The notes below the pieces were generated by a model. That model was not told the origin of the DNA and did not search any database. It saw only the letters and a program-made list of their open reading frames with translations. From positions 183,458,001-183,522,000 of the forward strand of contig OX597815.1 of assembly GCA_951406725.2 (NCBI GenBank): a stretch of 64,000 nucleotides of DNA, written 5' to 3'. Numbering within the stretch: position 1 is the stretch's first letter; each line of letters opens with the position of its first letter. Shown one piece after another: positions 63,689-64,000 of this stretch. The translations under genes and the position numbers were made by a program. This DNA is from Octopus vulgaris (taxonomy: Eukaryota).

Positions 63689-64000
63689 CTGTAACACGGA
63701 GAAAACAAAAATGCATGTAGTTTTAAATATCAAAATAAAGTAATGCAAAATTGTAGAGATATCACCATGGAATATATTGCAATGGAATATTGTTAGTCTC
63801 TATGATCATAACTTTTGAGAGCAATTCTGGAACTAATTTAACCAAATTCGATGACTGGCACCCGGTCATTGCCAGTGCCACTGGACTGACTCCTGTGCAG
63901 GTGGCGAGTAAATAAACACCATTTCGACCCCGTATGTAGAGACCTATTGAGTCAAGTACATCAACATAAAAAAATCAATGGAAATTGTAGTTGTGATCCC

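Overview
AT-rich, repeat-dominated eukaryotic genomic DNA, most likely from an octopus (inferred from the tRNA-derived SINE families and heavy (TA)n/(TG)n microsatellite load). Two host coding units are supportable. (1) The last six exons of a minus-strand SCO-spondin-like extracellular protein (TSP1-TSP1-TIL-VWC-CTCK; exons 63688-63536, 59969-59814, 58294-58089, 57371-57267, 54648-54588, 51026-50722), which splice in frame via canonical GT-AG sites; the gene continues beyond the window end. (2) A 511-aa low-complexity plus-strand ORF (21602-23137) that starts just after a strong splice acceptor and has no domain I recognise. The rest is transposon debris: CR1, RTE, Tx1/L1-like and R4/Dong LINE fragments; DD37D (maT) and DD34D mariner remnants; a fully bounded Chapaev3 element with nested insertions; Merlin, hAT, piggyBac and pogo-like MITEs; a non-autonomous Helitron; and at least five SINE families. 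The most notable hidden signal is a set of (TA)n-associated fold-back elements resembling Penelope-like pseudo-LTRs. Several carry minimal type I hammerhead-ribozyme motifs with non-canonical cores, and one forms a perfect 77-bp hairpin, with polyA signals, immediately after the stop codon of the SCO-spondin-like gene. All calls were made by eye, without database searches.
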